DNA of 64,000 bases from Candidatus Poriferihabitaceae bacterium (GTDB lineage: Bacteria; Pseudomonadota; Gammaproteobacteria; Arenicellales; Poriferihabitantaceae), in NCBI GenBank assembly GCA_965206445.1, contig CBDBJR010000002.1, forward strand, positions 2,417,469-2,481,468, in the 5' to 3' direction; not shown here. The stretch's first letter is position 1. Below are more model-generated notes on this DNA. The model had not been told where the DNA came from, made no database searches, and saw only the letters and a program-made list of their open reading frames with translations.

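Noticed and set aside
18765-62768. Very long plus-strand ORFs in the track: 51753-62768 (3671 aa), 25641-33140 (2499 aa), 34872-42251 (2459 aa), 18765-22343 (1192 aa), 47853-49538, 33237-34820 and others
   Set aside because: All lie antisense to the domain-structured giant ORF. Their translations are low-complexity R/G/Q/D/H/A strings with no recognisable domains. In a gene with strong GC3 bias the antisense frames are depleted of stop codons, so long shadow ORFs are expected.
2169-64000. Giant ORF as an NRPS/PKS megasynthase, or as a two-partner-secretion haemagglutinin (TpsA)
   Set aside because: There are no condensation, adenylation, thiolation or KS/AT motifs. There is no TPS domain or beta-helical haemagglutinin repeats in the visible part. 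Every segment resolves into extracellular Ig-like, cadherin, Calx-beta or LRR modules.
2169-64000. Possibility that the 61.8-kb ORF is a chance open frame or a pseudogene
   Set aside because: Chance stops would be expected many times per kb in a random frame even at this GC. The frame is uninterrupted, all indels between repeat units are multiples of 3, and domain boundaries stay in register over the whole length. An assembly artefact in array copy number remains possible and is flagged separately.

Overview
High-GC window (by eye about 65-70% G+C), about 97% of which is a single minus-strand ORF (2169-64000). It has at least 20,609 sense codons with no stop and is still open at the right edge, so the N-terminus and any signal peptide lie outside the window. 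The GTG at 63902 offered by the ORF track sits inside a repeat. The ORF ends in a ~360-aa C-terminal domain with the hallmarks of a classical (type Va) autotransporter beta-barrel (...ELQWQWTW*). The passenger is a string of ~185 bead-like extracellular modules. N to C these are: (1) 83 diverged ~98-aa He_PIG / dystroglycan-type cadherin-like Ig repeats (64000-39465). (2) 4 Big-like, 3 true cadherin (LDFE...VNEPP) and 1 PKD-like domain (39464-37041). (3) Three [beta-sandwich / Cys-capped LRR / cadherin-like beta-sandwich] modules (37040-32502). (4) Ten ~345-aa A-A'-B super-repeats (B is SwmB-like), interrupted by a fourth LRR module (32501-20112). (5) Two more He_PIG repeats and a fifth LRR module (20111-18282). 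(6) A 14.4-kb array of 23 almost identical 627/624-bp units, each one cadherin-like beta-sandwich plus one Calx-beta-like domain (18281-3873). (7) A 24th diverged cadherin-like domain, a linker and the barrel. Downstream on the same strand lie a 400-bp intergenic region packed with (GGAATTA)n heptamer repeats and CCGCC-N3-GGCGG palindromes arranged as a 52-bp inverted repeat, a BKACE-family enzyme gene (1764-931) and a 3'-truncated fdhD (703-1). I saw no rRNA, tRNA, CRISPR, transposase or dedicated secretion-partner genes. The long plus-strand ORFs in the track are antisense shadows of the giant gene. All domain names come from motif recognition by eye; no HMM or database search was run.
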